NCBI GenBank assembly: GCA_963827985.1
Contig: CAWHDI010000023.1
Coordinates: 26 to 64,025, forward strand
DNA from: an uncultured Chloroflexia bacterium
GTDB lineage: Bacteria; Chloroflexota; Dehalococcoidia; GIF9; UBA5629
Length of the DNA: 64,000 bases
Direction: 5' to 3'
The notes under the pieces were generated by a model. That model was not told the origin of the DNA and ran no database searches. It worked only from the letters and a program-made list of their open reading frames with translations. Below, one piece after another: positions 62,724 through 64,000 of this stretch; position 1 is the stretch's first letter; the number at the start of each line of letters is the position of its first letter. Both the position numbers and the translations under genes were made by a program.

Positions 62724-64000
62724 CATTGCGTCATAATAATTGTTACTGAAAGTAGTATCGTTGCCTCAAAAGTAGTGTTACCCAGGGGAGGAACACATGA
62801 CACGAGGCAGCATACTGGAATACTTGCAAGCTGTGCGAGGAAGGTATCTTAGAGCAATCAAAGCAGAGAAGAAAGAAGTCCTGGATGAGTTTGTCAGGGT
62901 AACGGGCTATCATCGAAAATCAGCTATCAGGGCGTTAAATAGGCCGAGCCACGTTAAACGAATTGGAAAACGTGGCCGTCCGAAAAAATATAAATCTTCA
63001 GTTGCCCGCGAATTGAAGTATATGTGGGAAATAACTGACCACCTATGCAGCAAGCGTTTGCATCCCTTCTTGCCTGAGCTTTTGAATGTCTTAAAGAGGA
63101 GTGGCAGTCACATTATCAGTCCCGAGGTGGAGACTGACCTGAGCACGCTTAGCCCATCGACCATAGATAGATTATTGAGGACCTGTCACCAGAAAGGGAT
63201 GAGTAGCCGATTTTCCACTACCAGGCCTGGGACACTAATCAAGAATTCTATCCCGATAAGGACTTTCACAGATTGGACGGAGAACTCACCTGGCTTTTTC
63301 GAAGCTGATACTGTGGCACATTGTGGGGATAGCGTGGAGGGATTTTATCTAAATACGTTATCGGCAGTAGATGTGGCTACAGGCTGGATAGAATGCATGG
63401 GCACGTGGGGCAAAGGGCAGTCACGTATACGGTCAGGTATCCACCGGATTCGACAGCGTTTGCCGTTCTCTATGCTGGGGTTAGATTCAGACAACGGCAG
63501 TGAGTTTATTAATCATCACCTTCTCAGCTACTGCCGGCAGGAACATATAACCTTCACTCGTTCCCGTTCATACAAAAAGAACGATGGTTGCCATGTTGAA
63601 CAAAAGAATTGGAACGTGATCAGGCGTGTTGTGGGCTATGGCCGCTACAGCTCGCATGCGGCATTGGAAGCATTAAACGACGTGTATGACGACCTTCGAC
63701 TGTATATGAATTTCTTCCAGCCTGTGATGAAGATAGTATCCAAAACAAGGCATGGAGCCCGAGTGCACAAAATATACGACACCGCACAGACGCCTTATCA
63801 ACGCCTGCTCAAATACAATACCCTATCTGAAAACAAACGCACAGAACTTTCGAATCTCTATTATTCGTTTAATCCGGCTACTCTTCTTGATAGAATCAAC
63901 AGCAACTTGGAAAAACTCTGGCAACTGGAAGATATTGCTAACAAACGTAAACCGTTTCGGATCCACAAAATTTAGGTAACCCGATTTATGACGCAATGAT
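62724..64000 (+). mobile_element. Insertion sequence with DDE transposase and repeated sub-terminal motifs (true ends not resolved; right end may extend beyond window)
   Basis: cattgcgtcataa-taatt-gttac (62724-62746) is inverted at 63976-63998 (cattgcgtcataa-atcgg-gttac on minus); a second left copy cgttgcctcaaaa-gtagt-gttac at 62759-62781. Confidence 0.8.
62797..63975 (+). CDS. DDE (rve integrase-core) transposase, ISNCY-like
   Basis: 392 aa intact; TGYHRKSAIR HTH, EADTVAHCG, DSDNGSEFIN, SRSYKKND..HVEQKN catalytic pattern. Confidence 0.9.
   Translation: MTRGSILEYLQAVRGRYLRAIKAEKKEVLDEFVRVTGYHRKSAIRALNRPSHVKRIGKRGRPKKYKSSVARELKYMWEITDHLCSKRLHPFLPELLNVLKRSGSHIISPEVETDLSTLSPSTIDRLLRTCHQKGMSSRFSTTRPGTLIKNSIPIRTFTDWTENSPGFFEADTVAHCGDSVEGFYLNTLSAVDVATGWIECMGTWGKGQSRIRSGIHRIRQRLPFSMLGLDSDNGSEFINHHLLSYCRQEHITFTRSRSYKKNDGCHVEQKNWNVIRRVVGYGRYSSHAALEALNDVYDDLRLYMNFFQPVMKIVSKTRHGARVHKIYDTAQTPYQRLLKYNTLSENKRTELSNLYYSFNPATLLDRINSNLEKLWQLEDIANKRKPFRIHKI

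Overview
Bacterial chromosomal window, most consistent with Chloroflexota (Dehalococcoidia-like). This is inferred from the S-layer-like 1073-aa protein, lipoprotein solute-binding paralogs and the prs-secA-polX...valS-coaBC-coaX-nnr gene order. The sequence appears to be an unpolished long-read assembly: essential genes (secA, valS, prs, coaBC) are broken by single-base indels, and the first ~2.1 kb is a fold-back inverted duplication. Left half (1-32.6 kb) is accessory: a sugar-acid catabolic cluster (RraA aldolase, IlvD/Edd dehydratase, MFS, epimerase, Zn-dehydrogenase, MBL lactonase, LarA, eda, kdgK), a GH29 fucosidase, an enolase/symporter/amidohydrolase operon, an AT-rich HNH+HEPN gene pair at the tRNA-Arg 3' end, and tandem C45 Ntn-hydrolases with a TetR between tRNA-Arg and tRNA-His. 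Right half is mostly housekeeping. It is punctuated by a family of ~85-205 bp heptamer-built imperfect palindromes that bracket accessory genes, one copy of which breaks off just before a DDE transposase at the window end. Best novelty candidates: (1) the heptamer-palindrome/cassette system, (2) the translationally coupled HNH-HEPN putative defence pair, (3) the LarA-containing sugar-acid pathway.
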